NCBI RefSeq assembly: GCF_006345805.1
Contig: NC_043012.1
Span: forward strand, 58,404,001-58,468,000
DNA from: Octopus sinensis
Lineage: Eukaryota
Direction of reading: 5' to 3'
Length of the DNA stretch: 64,000 bases
A program made the translations under genes and the position numbers. Below the pieces are notes generated by a model, which saw nothing but the letters and a program-made list of their open reading frames with translations, searched no databases and was not told where the DNA came from. The stretch's first letter is position 1, and each line of letters begins with the position of its first letter. Shown here one piece after another: positions 39,974 to 51,984 of the stretch.

Positions 39974-40084
39974 GCATAAAAGATAATGATGTCATTGAGA
40001 CCCAATGGTGTCAAGTAATGCTGACTAAGTACTATAGACAGACCTTAATTAAGTTCCGGATTCGGTAATTTTGCGAAAAACCAA

Positions 40085-40161
40085 GGCTGTGTAGATATTA
40101 GAACATTTCATTTACAGATAGAAGGTCTTCTATCTATAAAAGTTCTAATATCTATACAGCC
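40085..40161. repeat. ~77-bp hairpin built from the pLTR-terminal sequence seen at ~20800
   Basis: ggctgtgtagatattagaac...gatagaag-gt-cttctatc...gttctaatatctatacagcc; the left arm matches 20800-20836. Confidence 0.8.
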
Positions 40162-40255
40162 CTGTTTCTTTTTTTATCTCATTACGCAAAATAATCTTAT
40201 ATATATACATACATATATATATATATATTATATATATATATATATTATATATATA

Positions 40256-40292
<37 letters not shown>

Positions 40293-40296
<4 letters not shown>

Positions 40297-40505
40297 ATCC
40301 AAACATGAACAAAGAGAAAACACAACAACGCGAGGACATGGAACAAGTATAGTGTTATTGGACGTTCAGGAAAGGAAAGAAAGAAGGAGGATTTAACGTT
40401 TCGAGCGGAGCTCTTCGTCAGAAACATAGAAAAAGGAAAGGTCCAAGGAAGAGAAGACGGAGAAAGAAAATCGCCAACGATACACACGCGGTCACATATT
40501 GAAAA
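40293..40505 (-). mobile_element. PLE-derived short unit, family B
   Basis: Colinear with 41932-42110; contains a hammerhead motif. Confidence 0.75.
40391..40425 (-). ncRNA. Minimal type-I hammerhead ribozyme (intact core)
   Basis: Reverse complement: gttt-CTGACGA-a-GAGC(tcc)GCTC-GAA-ACGT-T-aaat. Canonical CUGANGA/GAA core, 4-bp stem II, palindromic ACGT stem III, GUU cleavage triplet. Confidence 0.8.
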
Positions 40506-41316
40506 AAAAACGAAAAAGTATATAGATATGTGTGTGTGTGTATACACCTATATACCTACATGCAAACACATGCACACACTCTCACATACAAATACATAAA
40601 AAGAATGGAAAGCGTTGGTATCAGTTAAGCACACACGCTACTACCTCTTTGTATGCATTTTTTTTAACATGGTCATGCAAAAAGAAAAGAAACACAAAGC
40701 GTTTCATCTGCAGAAGAAGAAAAATACTGTAAATAAGAAAGAGTAAATTTCAGAAGATTGTTGTAGATATTTTGTTTAAGAGACAAAGTATTAAGCATAA
40801 CTTAAAGATGAAAACTGCAATTTGGTAGATGCTGCCTTTCTTTCTCTTTCTCTGTCCCTCTTCTTCTTTTTTTTTTTGCTTTTTGTTTATGTGTGCCTGA
40901 ACGTCATGTCGAATTTGGATAACAGAAGATCGCTGATAATTGCATGAGAAATATTTTTCTGTGGCTATCGCGGAATTATTTATGAAATTTCAACTGCCTG
41001 AAAACGACTTCTCCAAACTTCAAGAATTCTCTCTGAGGATTGTAGTGTAGTAAAAAAAAAAAAAAAAAAAAAAAAAAATCAGCAAAAGATATTTCTTCCG
41101 ACATTGAATAAATGACAAGTTTCCCTATTTTCATCCTTATATGATATATGTCATCCATATTTATTTTGTTGACACGCGGCTAACAAAATCGCAAACTAAA
41201 GAAGCGGTAGCGAAATTTTCTGTTAGAATTTTGTTGAGAGGTCAACGTAAATATTGTGACTAGTAAGTACAGTGTATGTTGAAACGTAGGTTGTATATAT
41301 AAATGCGTATGTGTGT

Positions 41317-41356
<40 letters not shown>

Positions 41357-41469
41357 GTGAGTATGTGTGTGAAATATCGTTAGCTTTAACTTCGTTGTGG
41401 ACATAAACTCTGTGTTTAAATACACCTGCTTTCAATCGATAGCGGCAGAAACATGTATGCATGCTTGTG

Positions 41470-41586
41470 TGTGGTTCTCGGTTCAGTCCCACTGCCTGGC
41501 ACCTTGGGCAAATGTTGTCTACTACATACTTGGGCCAACCAAAGCCTTGTGATTAGATTTGGTTGACCGAAACTGAAGGAAGCCCG

Positions 41587-41652
<66 letters not shown>

Positions 41653-41910
41653 TTGTGTGTCTATGTTTGCCCTCCAACATCGTTTGACAACCGATGCTGG
41701 AGTGTTTACATCCCTGTATGTTAGCGGTTCGGCAAAATAGCATAGACTCGAATCATAAAATACTTTCTCATCTATCCGAGCGTTAAACTAATACACCTGT
41801 TTCTTGTTTACATACCTGTCTTCGCCTTTTGTTTTTTAGCTCGACTAAAGGCGGTGCTCTAGCATGGCCACAGTCAAATGATTGAAATAAGTAAAAGAAT
41901 AAAAGAATAT
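41470..41910 (+). mobile_element. SINE family 1 with an internal family-A PLE fragment (~41745-41835)
   Basis: SINE body is interrupted after ttcggcaaaatag by ...ccgagcgttaaactaatacacctg...cttcgccttttg and resumes at gctcgactaaaggcgg. Confidence 0.8.
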
Positions 41911-41931
41911 ATATATGCATATATACATATA

Positions 41932-42110
41932 TTCGAGGACGTGGAACAAATAAAGAATTATTGGACGCTCAGGAAAGAAGGGAAGAAGGAGGGTTTAACG
42001 TTTCGAGCGGAGCTCTTCGTCGGAAACATAGGAGAAGGAAAGATCCCGAGAAGGGAAGACAGAGGAAAAAAATCGCCAGCGGTACTCACGAGGTCACATA
42101 TTGAAAGACC
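41932..42110 (-). mobile_element. PLE-derived short unit, family B, with hammerhead at 41993-42027
   Basis: Reverse complement: gttt-CCGACGA-a-GAGC(tcc)GCTC-GAA-ACGT-T-aaac (U4C variant, perfect 4-bp stem I). Confidence 0.78.
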
Positions 42111-42651
42111 GGAAGTAGAAAGGTGGAAGAATAATGTTTTTTAAAGACAGGAGAGTTTCAAAGACAGTATACATACATACATACATATCGATGTAGAACA
42201 TCACAAAACGTGAACAACTTGAAATACGAAATACGAAAATAACATGAAATACGAAAACAACTTTGGTATGCGAACAACGAGAGAAACAAATGGAAAACAA
42301 GACAAGTAACATAAAGTACGACCCTCCATCTCTTGTCGGCTGTCCATCTGCTCATTTCGAGCAATTAACGACAATATGAGCCCTGGAAAAGGCAGTTGCT
42401 CCCGCGAACCAAAATGAAATTCGGGATATGCGGTGGGTCACAGTTGGCGACAAAAACAGGATAGTAGAGAAATATACAACTTAACAATCGAAATAAAAAT
42501 GGATGGCTGTTAGGCCAAAAGCGATAAGGTAGCGAAAGATATGTGTATATATATATATATATATATTTATATTATATTTTATGATTGAAACGCCATGCTT
42601 CCATTTCCAAGTAAGTTCATATATATAAATATATAATATATATAAATATTT

Positions 42652-42703
<52 letters not shown>

Positions 42704-43094
42704 GTATTGGTGTCAAAAAGAACCATGGGTCAGGAAATGCTGAGTAAGTGCTATGGACAGAATATAGTTAAGATCCAGGTTCATAATGATAAGGATGAGG
42801 AGTGCAACGTAGGTCATATTAGCATCTGTCCTTCTTGATAAATGTTCTAAATTCTGTTAATTATATATATATATATATTATATGTGTGTGTGTGTTTGTG
42901 TGTGCGTATATATGTATATATATATAATATTGACGATGTAATTGTACCTAAAAAGTTCCTCTCTGAAGCAAAAGTCCGGGCAACAAAGTTTGTGGAAAAC
43001 CAGCAGTCGCCCGTACATAGCAGTCTCACCTCTCCTCTCCACCGATGATATCCGAGGGAAGACCCGACGCTCTAATCATTTAGCCACATAACTT

Positions 43095-43095
43095 C

Positions 43096-43150
<55 letters not shown>
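43095..43150. repeat. (GA)n microsatellite
   Basis: Direct reading. Confidence 0.95.
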
Positions 43151-43153
<3 letters not shown>

Positions 43154-43479
43154 GCGGCAAGTAGAAGGAGAGTGACTAGTGTCATAGATTGAGCGACATA
43201 GACAAAAACATATATATCAAATACCAGACAACACGAATTCTCGATTTATCAAAATTAACACCACCTTTAGAGGAAGCGTCATAATTATCAAATCGCCGTT
43301 GAGAATAGTTGTATATGAGAAGAGGGAATAATGTTAAGAGTCATGGTTTCTCTCTCAGAAGTTGAAATGCCATCAACAAAAACGACAGGCTCGTTACCTG
43401 GAGGTATGAAGACTGTCTATATACATGTTTCTGCCTATTTAATCGTCATGAGCACGACATTATATATATGTATATATTA

Positions 43480-43517
<38 letters not shown>

Positions 43518-44177
43518 TACACACGTGCATATACATACACACATGCTCACACACACACAAATTGAAATGTAAAAAATATATTTCTCAGTGAATAATATAA
43601 ATAATATAAATGTTCTATCTCTAAAATATTGTCTTCGATTTTGTTTCATAATCTATCAATCAATTGTCTTATGAACGATATAAATAATAGATCGCATCTT
43701 CGATTCCGTTTCATAGTTCATCAATCAATTATTCTCTTACGTTTATTATAAATTTTGAGTATATAGTATTTCATCTCTTCAATTACGTCAAACCATTAGA
43801 CAAACACAGACCGAAACAAACTAATATAATAAATTACTCTAGTAATTAATGTCGGGTAATCAATCTTGTTCCATTATGTAAATAAGATTTGCCATTCATA
43901 ATTTTGTTTATATTTTAATAAATAGTTTTTCGATATAAATTGCTCGGCAACTTGGAAAAGAGAGATAAGAGATTCTGTTCATAAGAACAACGAAACTAGT
44001 CAGAATCTGAGTTGCCCAGTATCTCTGTGGTCTCACAAGGGGAGGTAAATCTATAGCTATGTAATAACTATGTTTGTTACCTTTTCCTTTTTCATTCATT
44101 GAACAGCGGTCATGGTTGGATACTGCGTTGAAGAACCGTTTAGTCTGATGAATCATCCCCGGTATTTATGCATTTTA

Positions 44178-44660
44178 AAGCCAGGTACAAATTTTATCGG
44201 TCCCTTTGCCAAACCGCTACGTTACGGGGACATAAACACCTAAAAGCTCCACGATGCTCCGGCAGGGGGTGGTTCCCTGCTGTACTCCTTCACCACTCTT
44301 TCTCTCACTCTTTCTTCTGTTGGCCTGGTCGCTTAGCTGCGGGGTGGGTGGTGTCATTCGAAGGCTAAAAACAATGCGAACGCATTGTGACCAGCGATGT
44401 GTAGCAAACACTGATGGTCTGGTCGTTCCACGTTGATCAACGTGATATATATATATAATATATATATATATATAGATATATATAAATATATATACGACAG
44501 GCTTCTGTCAGGTTTCCGTCTACTAGATCCACTCAAAAAGCTTTGGTCTGCCCGAGGCTATAATAGAGACACTTGTCCAAGATGCCATGCAGTGGGAATG
44601 AACCCGCAACCATGTGGTTGCGAAGCAAACTTCCTACCACACGGCCACTCCTGCGCCTAT
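44178..44660. mobile_element. Chimera: SINE family 1 (minus) interrupted by a 5'-truncated SINE 2b (plus, 44234-44446)
   Basis: Family 1 ...ggggacataaacacc switches at the shared aaacacc to family 2 taaaagctccacg...; family 1 resumes at ~44482 after (TA)n. Confidence 0.8.
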
Positions 44661-44669
44661 ATATATTCT

Positions 44670-44887
44670 TTTATTCTTGTATTTGTTTCAGTCATTTGAC
44701 TCCAACCATGCTGGACACCGCCTTTAGTCGAGCAAATCGACCCCCAGGACTCATTCTTTATAAGCCTACTACTTGTTCTATTGGTCTCTTTTCCCGAACC
44801 GCTAACTTACGGGGACGTAAACACACAAACATATACATACATACATACACACACAACACACACACACACACACACACACCCACACAC

Positions 44888-44927
<40 letters not shown>

Positions 44928-45480
44928 CATTATATAATTAGGGCTTAGTAAAATAAATTACTTTGCCACATACTGAACTTACTAGAAATAGCATTAAATA
45001 GGGTAAATACCCTCAATTGTTAAATTAAATAGGGTAAATACCCTCAATTGTTGATATATATATATATATATATATACTTTATTTAAAGCAGCAGAAAATT
45101 CAACAAAACCTGTTTCCCGTTGCCGTTCATCGGACAGTTTTTTCTAGATAAAACTGTCCGGTGAACGGCAACGGGATACTCAGAGTAACGGTTTTGTTGA
45201 ATTTTCTGCTGCTTTAAATAAAGCATATTACTCTACCACTGGTATTTGAGTACTCTTTTTTCCACCTTGTTTCACATTTATGTGTTTACTCCGGTATGTA
45301 TATATATATATATATACTATGGGCTTCTTTCAGCTTCTGTCTACGAAATCTGCTCACATGGCTTTGGTCGGCCCGAGGCTATAGTAGAAGAGTATTGCCC
45401 AAGGTGTCACGCAGTGGGACTGAACCCGGACCCATGTGTTTGGTAAGCAAGCTTCTTACCACACAGCCACGCCTGCGCCT
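44670..45480 (-). mobile_element. SINE family 1 split by a PLE-derived foldback insert in its internal microsatellite
   Basis: Tail at 44670-44830 and head at 45318-45480 flank (CA/TA)n-[44936-45298]-(TA)n. Confidence 0.75.
45077..45223. repeat. ~147-bp foldback whose arms each carry a damaged hammerhead
   Basis: Outer arms ctttatttaaagcagcagaaaattcaacaaaacc / ggttttgttgaattttctgctgctttaaataaag are perfect. The right arm reads aaaactgt-CCGGTGA-acg(gcaa)cgg-GAT-actcagagt-a-acggtttt. Confidence 0.85.
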
Positions 45481-47269
45481 ACAAGACTGACATATTTATA
45501 TTTCTAATGTTTACTTATTGTTGCCAGTGTTTAATTTGTACCTTCAAGCAATTTCACGTATATGCAATGATCTTTGTAGGTACAGTATGGCCGAAATACT
45601 CAAGTGTTTGCTTCGCAGCTACAACGTTTCAGTTAAGTCCGACGGCGTATCTTTTTTATAACCCCGACGTGATATTTTGAGATGCCCTTCTGGATGCTTT
45701 TATAGATACGGAGTTATCTGTCTTGCCGAACTTGGAGGATATATCTGGTTGTCTCTCGGAATGCGTGGAGGAGGACTTTCTGCCGTGGGGTTCCCTATGG
45801 TATGGCAGAACTCGAACACTGATACGCGGCGTTCATTGTAGTGTTCCTTTATCTACGGACGATGTCCCCTGGATATCGTCCAAATATGACGTGAATCTGG
45901 TCTTACCAGAAAACCTAGGCATTCTACCTTATAATAATCCCTCATCTTGTAAGGGAAAATGGGTATACAGAAACTACAAATGAGTACACAGAAAAGCACG
46001 TCGGGTGGATTGTATCTCGACTACAGAAGTTATAGCCTTGTCGCACAAGGCACTTCCCTAATCCCTGTCTTATAATCACGTTAAGAGTTCACTCCTCTGC
46101 AGATTACTAAGCCACTTGCTCGTTAATTCAGGCGCAGGTAATTGATTCATGTATTCCTCATCGTCGAACGACGAAGATACCCTAAACTTCATGTTAGCTG
46201 GATTTGTGGGCGATTTGTGGGCGATTTGTGGTAAGATTTTATGGTTAGCATGTTCGTTCCCACTGCATGGGTTTTCGGGTAGCCGCATTTACCATAGCTT
46301 CCGTACTAATCCAAAGCCTCAAAACTTGCGAGTGGAATTGGGTCGACGGAAACGATTTGGAAGCCTGCTAGAGCGGTTTTAATTCATATATATATATACT
46401 GTGTCACACTAATACGGCTTTTAAATTATGTTAAGAGGATGAAAACATTTGGTTGATGGGACAACTGGATGTTCATTGTTGAAACAGAAGGCGCGAAGCT
46501 ACTGGGATTTGTTTTGTGTTGTTTTAAATTTGATACCCACAATCGATACAGACTGTGTCTCAATCAAGAATCTCCTCATCCTGCATTATGACATAAACAA
46601 CTTCCAATGTATCCGGATATGGCAGATTAAATCAACTGCAATTAGTTATCTTTATATGTTGTATCTGAACAATATCAGAACGCTGATGGAATTAATTATA
46701 AAGTTTATCTTTTTCAAAATATCTAACACTACCCGTGTCACTGCACCACATATTTCGCAGAAGGCTCACAAACAATCAATGCAGTTATATGGGAAGTATA
46801 TCTACTCCATCACTAATTTATGTTTCAGAGCACATCATCTAAATATTAGACATTATACATTAAGTATTTCAATGCCCTTTTTTTCCATATGGTTCATTAC
46901 CATATTTGGAAACATAGATGGTTCTAACATGATTACTGTATTAATTAATATTCTTTGAATAAGATCTGTTACTACTCACATTTTGGGAAGAAACGTGTAG
47001 CATGTTATTTCAAATGAAATTTTATTTTCTTATTTGATATTAACCAGAAGCTGCAAGGGAAAATAAAAACCTCCGTTTGTAAACTGCAGGTCATCAGCTG
47101 CAAATAAGCAAACTTATAAATGTGTATGTATATACATACAAGTTTTCAGTTAGGTTAATGGCTCTATAAGGTGACAGGGGTAAACAGCAAGCAGGATGTT
47201 TCATTGCTGAAGGTTATTAGATTGATGTTCTTATATAATAGATAATGTGTTCCGACACCGACCGTTAGT

Positions 47270-47294
47270 GATTTATATACACATACATATATAT

Positions 47295-47337
<43 letters not shown>

Positions 47338-47485
47338 GATAGATAGATACCCACACACCACATATTATATATATTATGTATATACAAGTATATGTATATG
47401 TATATATACATATATATATAGTCACATATATACACATACATATATGCATATATACATACATACGCACATATATGATACACACACA

Positions 47486-47528
<43 letters not shown>

Positions 47529-47579
47529 TTATATATATAGTCACATATTTATATATATCTATCTATATATGTATGTATG

Positions 47580-47641
<62 letters not shown>

Positions 47642-47650
47642 ATATGGCTA
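47270..47650. repeat. Degenerate (TA)n/(TACA)n tract
   Basis: Direct reading. Confidence 0.9.
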
Positions 47651-48142
47651 TATCGAAAAGAAGTGGATTACCTTTCATTACTATTTGGTAAAAGTATCCT
47701 TGTTCAAGAGGCATTGGTGTCATCAAACGATGTCTAAAATCCATTGGGTGTTTCAGCACTCGACCGTACCTACCACCTACTGACAGTGACGGTAGGCATG
47801 GGCAGCAGCGGTGACTAAATCAATGTAGAAAGCTCAGCTCCATATCCGACAAAAGGCTTTTTTCTGTTGCTCTCTCATGATCTCACGAGTCACTATCCGA
47901 CTTTATTTTACTATTACTTGTTGCCATTCCCATATAGAGAGGACATCATATTTTATATCGCCAATCATGACAAAGATTACGGCACCTTTTGCAGATATGT
48001 AAGTGCTCGGTATTACTTAAAGTTTCGTGGGCATAGCGCACGTCTACTGCATCAGACTTTCGATAGGGAAATTACCTCCACCCCCGAAATTTTAGATGGT
48101 ACGCAAAACTGAGCTAATCTCTTCTTCTGTACTATATGTATA

Positions 48143-49380
48143 TATAAAGGGTGCAATGGGTAAACTATCGCCATTTTATATATATTTATTTTGAGCATGC
48201 GCATTGTTATTTTTTGTCGACTACACTGTATTGTAGGGTCAGTTCGGCAGCGTATGTAACAAAAACAGCACCATGACGCAATTCACTCTACAAGAAATTT
48301 TGGCTGTGGGGGAAGTAGCTTGCTTACCGGCTACATGGTTCCGGCATCAATCCCACAGCATGGCACCTGGGACAAGTGTCTTCTATTATAGCTTCGGGCT
48401 GACCAAAACCTTGCGAGATGATTTGGTGGGTGGAAACTGAAAGAGATCTATCGTGTGTATACACACACACACATATATTTATATATATATATATATATGA
48501 GTTTGTGTGTATGCATTTGTCCCCGCAACATCACTTGACAACGAAGATGGTGTGTTTACATCCCTGCAACTTAGCGGTTCTGCAAAATAGACCGTTAGAA
48601 TAAGTACTAGGCTTACGAAAAATAAGTCCTAGGGTCGATTTGGTCGACTAAAGACGGTGCTCCAGCATGGCCGCTGTCAGATGACTGAAAGAAATAAAAG
48701 AATACTGCTTGGCATTCGCTAACATTTCAGAGTATTTGGGTGTCAATCTGAAGAGCGTGCAATTTGAGGACATATACCGAGAAAGAAAAAAATCAAACAT
48801 CCAGTCAACATCATTCTGTTTCGAGTGATCACTAGTGATAGCGTGGTTATACATCCATTCATCTTCCCACACAGCCTCACGGAAGCCTACCTCATGTGTC
48901 TGGAGGAGGTAGTACTGCACTGGCTCAAGAGAATGCCTGCTGGAAGACCTTTTGTCTGGCAACAGGACTCTGCATCATGCCACACAAACAGGAGAACCCA
49001 GTAAATTTCTAAGACCACATCATACCTATCATCTGGTCACCTAACTCCCTAGATTGCAACCCCGTAGATTATTATGTGTGGGGCGCAATTCAGCAAGAGA
49101 CCAATAAAACGTGTTGTAACACCAGAGAGGAACTGAATGCAAGGATTATGGTAGCATTCACCAACTTAAACAAGGAGACAGTCCAGAAGATTTGCAGGAG
49201 ATTCCGAAGTCGTCTGCAGGCCGTGGTTGAAGCCAATAGCGATTTTATTGAATAAATTTACTCTTTAGCATTTCAAGCTATCCTTATGTAATTTTGGTAA
49301 ATATATTTGTTAAAATGAGATGTCAATACTATTTTCTTGCTTGCAGGATTCATAGAAAATATATTCACCGCACACCTTAT
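48143..49380 (+). mobile_element. Internally deleted maT/DD37D-type (IS630-Tc1-mariner) DNA transposon, interrupted by a SINE
   Basis: C-terminal peptide PFIFPH...EAY..CLEEVVL.W....AGRPFVWQQDSA.CHT...W.PNS.DCNP.DYYVWGA......F.SRL.AVVEAN.DFIE*. Loosely inverted ends taaagggtgc.../...gcacaccttata. Confidence 0.8.
48300..48704 (+). mobile_element. SINE family 1 nested in the maT element
   Basis: Full head-to-tail colinearity with 30039-30455. Confidence 0.88.
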
Positions 49381-49381
49381 A

Positions 49382-49424
<43 letters not shown>

Positions 49425-49730
49425 GTGTGTGTATTATATATGTGGTGTATGTATGTGTATATATATATATATATTATATATATATATATCTATATATATC
49501 CCACATGTTTCATTTGTGAGGACATTTTCGCATCCATATGCATTATTAGATATACTATATTTATCCTAATTTATCCAAGGGTTTAAGGCGTTCCGCATAC
49601 CTACGCATCCCATAAGATTACCCAGGAGGACGGGAATAACAGGCGTTAGCCAACAAAAAGAATAGGAGACATTTGCCCTAAAAAAAATAACATATAAATA
49701 TAAGTACGTACATATATGTATATATATATG

Positions 49731-50029
49731 TCACGTGATGACGTGACCGACCAGGCTATCAGATGTTGCTACACATCGCTGGTCACAATGCATCTTGGCA
49801 TTGTTTTAGCCTTCAAATGACGCCACCTCGCTGGCTAAGCGAGCAGGCCAACAGAAGAAAGTGTGAGAGAAAGTTGTGGCGAAAGAGTACTGCAGGGATC
49901 GCCACCACCCCCTGTCGGAGCTCCGTGGAGCTTTAGGTGTTTTCGCTCAATAAACACTCACAACGCCCTGTCTGGGAATCGAAACCGCGATTCTACGACC
50001 GCGAGACCGCTGCCCTTACCACCGGACCA
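49731..50029 (-). mobile_element. SINE family 2b, full length
   Basis: Reverse complement: tggtccggtggtaagggcagcggtctcgc...ggtttcgattccc (tRNA-like), central gagcgaaaacacctaaagctcc, tail ...gtcggtcacgtcatcacgtga. Confidence 0.85.
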
Positions 50030-50679
50030 AGAAAACAAGGACGGATCGTTTGGAGTTTTCTCAGTCGAGTTCCAGATTATCTTTGAAATTTCGGCTGGTT
50101 ATGTGTGTGTGTGTGTTTGTGCACGTAACACTGTATATATGTTCAGAACGTACTTATTCGAAGACTATCTGTTTGCCTTCCGAATTGTATTTAACCCTTT
50201 ATAAGCGTTTATGATATATCTGCACCAATTCATTCATATATGTTTCATTTCCTGGAAAATATTTGCTAATCTAAAGCGCGTATGAGAAAGAGGGGTGAGG
50301 AGTGAGGGAAGGAGAGGTAGAGAGAGGGGGAGAGCGATGGAGAGAGAGAGAGAGAGACAGACAGACTGAGGGTGGTGTACGATAGTATGTCTGTAGCTGC
50401 CAGTTTGGAAAAAAACTGGTCTGTTAGCTTGTCGCCCCTCCAAAATAAAGAAATGAATGTATAACTAAACTAAGGTGTAGAGAATTTATGTGAGATTAAT
50501 GCGGTTAATGTTTAATTTGAATTATTTTAGGTTAGTAGTTGTTTCCGAATGAAATATGAGCAAGGAGGGACTAGCGCCGAGCAATTTAGTTTTAAAGAAG
50601 GAATGTTCAGTTAAATATTTAGCAAGACAGCTTGTGAGAGCGCCAGAAAGGAGACGGAGAGGGACAGGGAAAGATAAGT

Positions 50680-51310
50680 AGGGTGAGAGAGAGAGAGGGG
50701 AGAGGAAGAGGGAAAGGCGTGTGTCTCAGTGTGTGTGTGTTTGTGTGAGTGTGTGTGTGCATCAGAGAAAGAAAGAGAGATAGATTCATAGAAATAAAGA
50801 GACAGAGAGAGAGATTCATAGAAATAAAAAAGGAGAGAGAGAGAGAGATTCAGAGAAATAGGGTGATTATCAGAGAAATAAAGACAGAGAGAGAGAGAGA
50901 GAGAGAAAGAATGGTTGAGAGAGAGTGTGTGTGAGTGTGTCTGTGTCAGAGAAAGAGAGAAATAAAGAGAGAGAGAGAGAATGGTTGAGAGAGAGGGAGT
51001 GAGAGAAAGAGGTATAGATTTAGAAAGATGGATAGAGAGAATGTATGTGTGTCTGTGTGTGTGTGTGAGAAAGAGAGAGAGGGGGAGGGAGAAAGAGTGT
51101 GTGTGGAAGAGAAACTGTGATAGAGACAGAAAGAAATAGAGAGAGGAAGAGAGAGAAAAAGACATGTGTGCCTTTACGTATGTGCGTTTGTGTGTGTATC
51201 AGAGAGAGAGAGATGGAAGGGAAGAGAGAGATGGGAAGGGAAGAGAAAGGTGGAAGGTGGAAGAGAAAGAAAGAGACAGAGAGAGGAGAGAGAGAGGGAG
51301 GGAGGGATTT
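50680..51310. repeat. GA/GT-rich low-complexity tract
   Basis: Direct reading. Confidence 0.85.
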
Positions 51311-51389
51311 ATTGCAAATGTAATAGCAGAATGTGTATGTAGTGGTTGGGTGTAGGTGAGATATTTATTTCTTTGGTGTGATGCCGATC

Positions 51390-51672
51390 TCTACTACTAC
51401 TTCTACCACCACCACTACCATCACCACCACCACCACTACCATCACCACCACCACCACTACCATCACCACCACCACCACTACTACTATTACACCACCACCA
51501 CCACCACCACTACTACTACTATACCACTACTACTATTATTACTACTACTACTACCACTACTACTACCACTACTAATACTACCACCACCACCACTACTACT
51601 ACCACTACTACTACCACTACTACTACCGCTACTAATACTAATAATACTACTAGTAGTAGTAGTAGTTGTAGT
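51390..51672. repeat. (CAC)n/(TAC)n trinucleotide array
   Basis: Direct reading; explains the poly-H/T/L ORFs. Confidence 0.92.
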
Positions 51673-51984
51673 TAAAAAAAGATGGAAGATGTCGTTTCGT
51701 CTGACAGTGTATCTAATATTAAGTAGTAAACTATAAAAGCATGAACAACATCCATCTTTGCAATCGGGGCAAAGGATGTTTAAGAATCTAAACGAGCGAT
51801 GCATTGTTGTTGCAAATGTAAATATTACGGATGTAGGGATGGCGGTTTGCTAAAGAAGATCGTTTTGCAACCGTGTGGTTTCACTGTGCAGTGTTTTGAA
51901 AAATTGTCTTTTCGGCTCCGGATCGACTAATTTTCTAAGTGAATTTGGTATGCAGAAATTATGTGGAATCCCGTTCAGTGCGTA

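Noticed and set aside
43630-43740. ~40-bp imperfect direct repeat with TTGATGA...GAAAC on the minus strand
   Set aside because: There is no room for stem II, so it is not a credible ribozyme.
51356-51804. Poly-His/Thr/Leu/Ser ORFs
   Set aside because: Translations of a (CAC)/(TAC) trinucleotide array.
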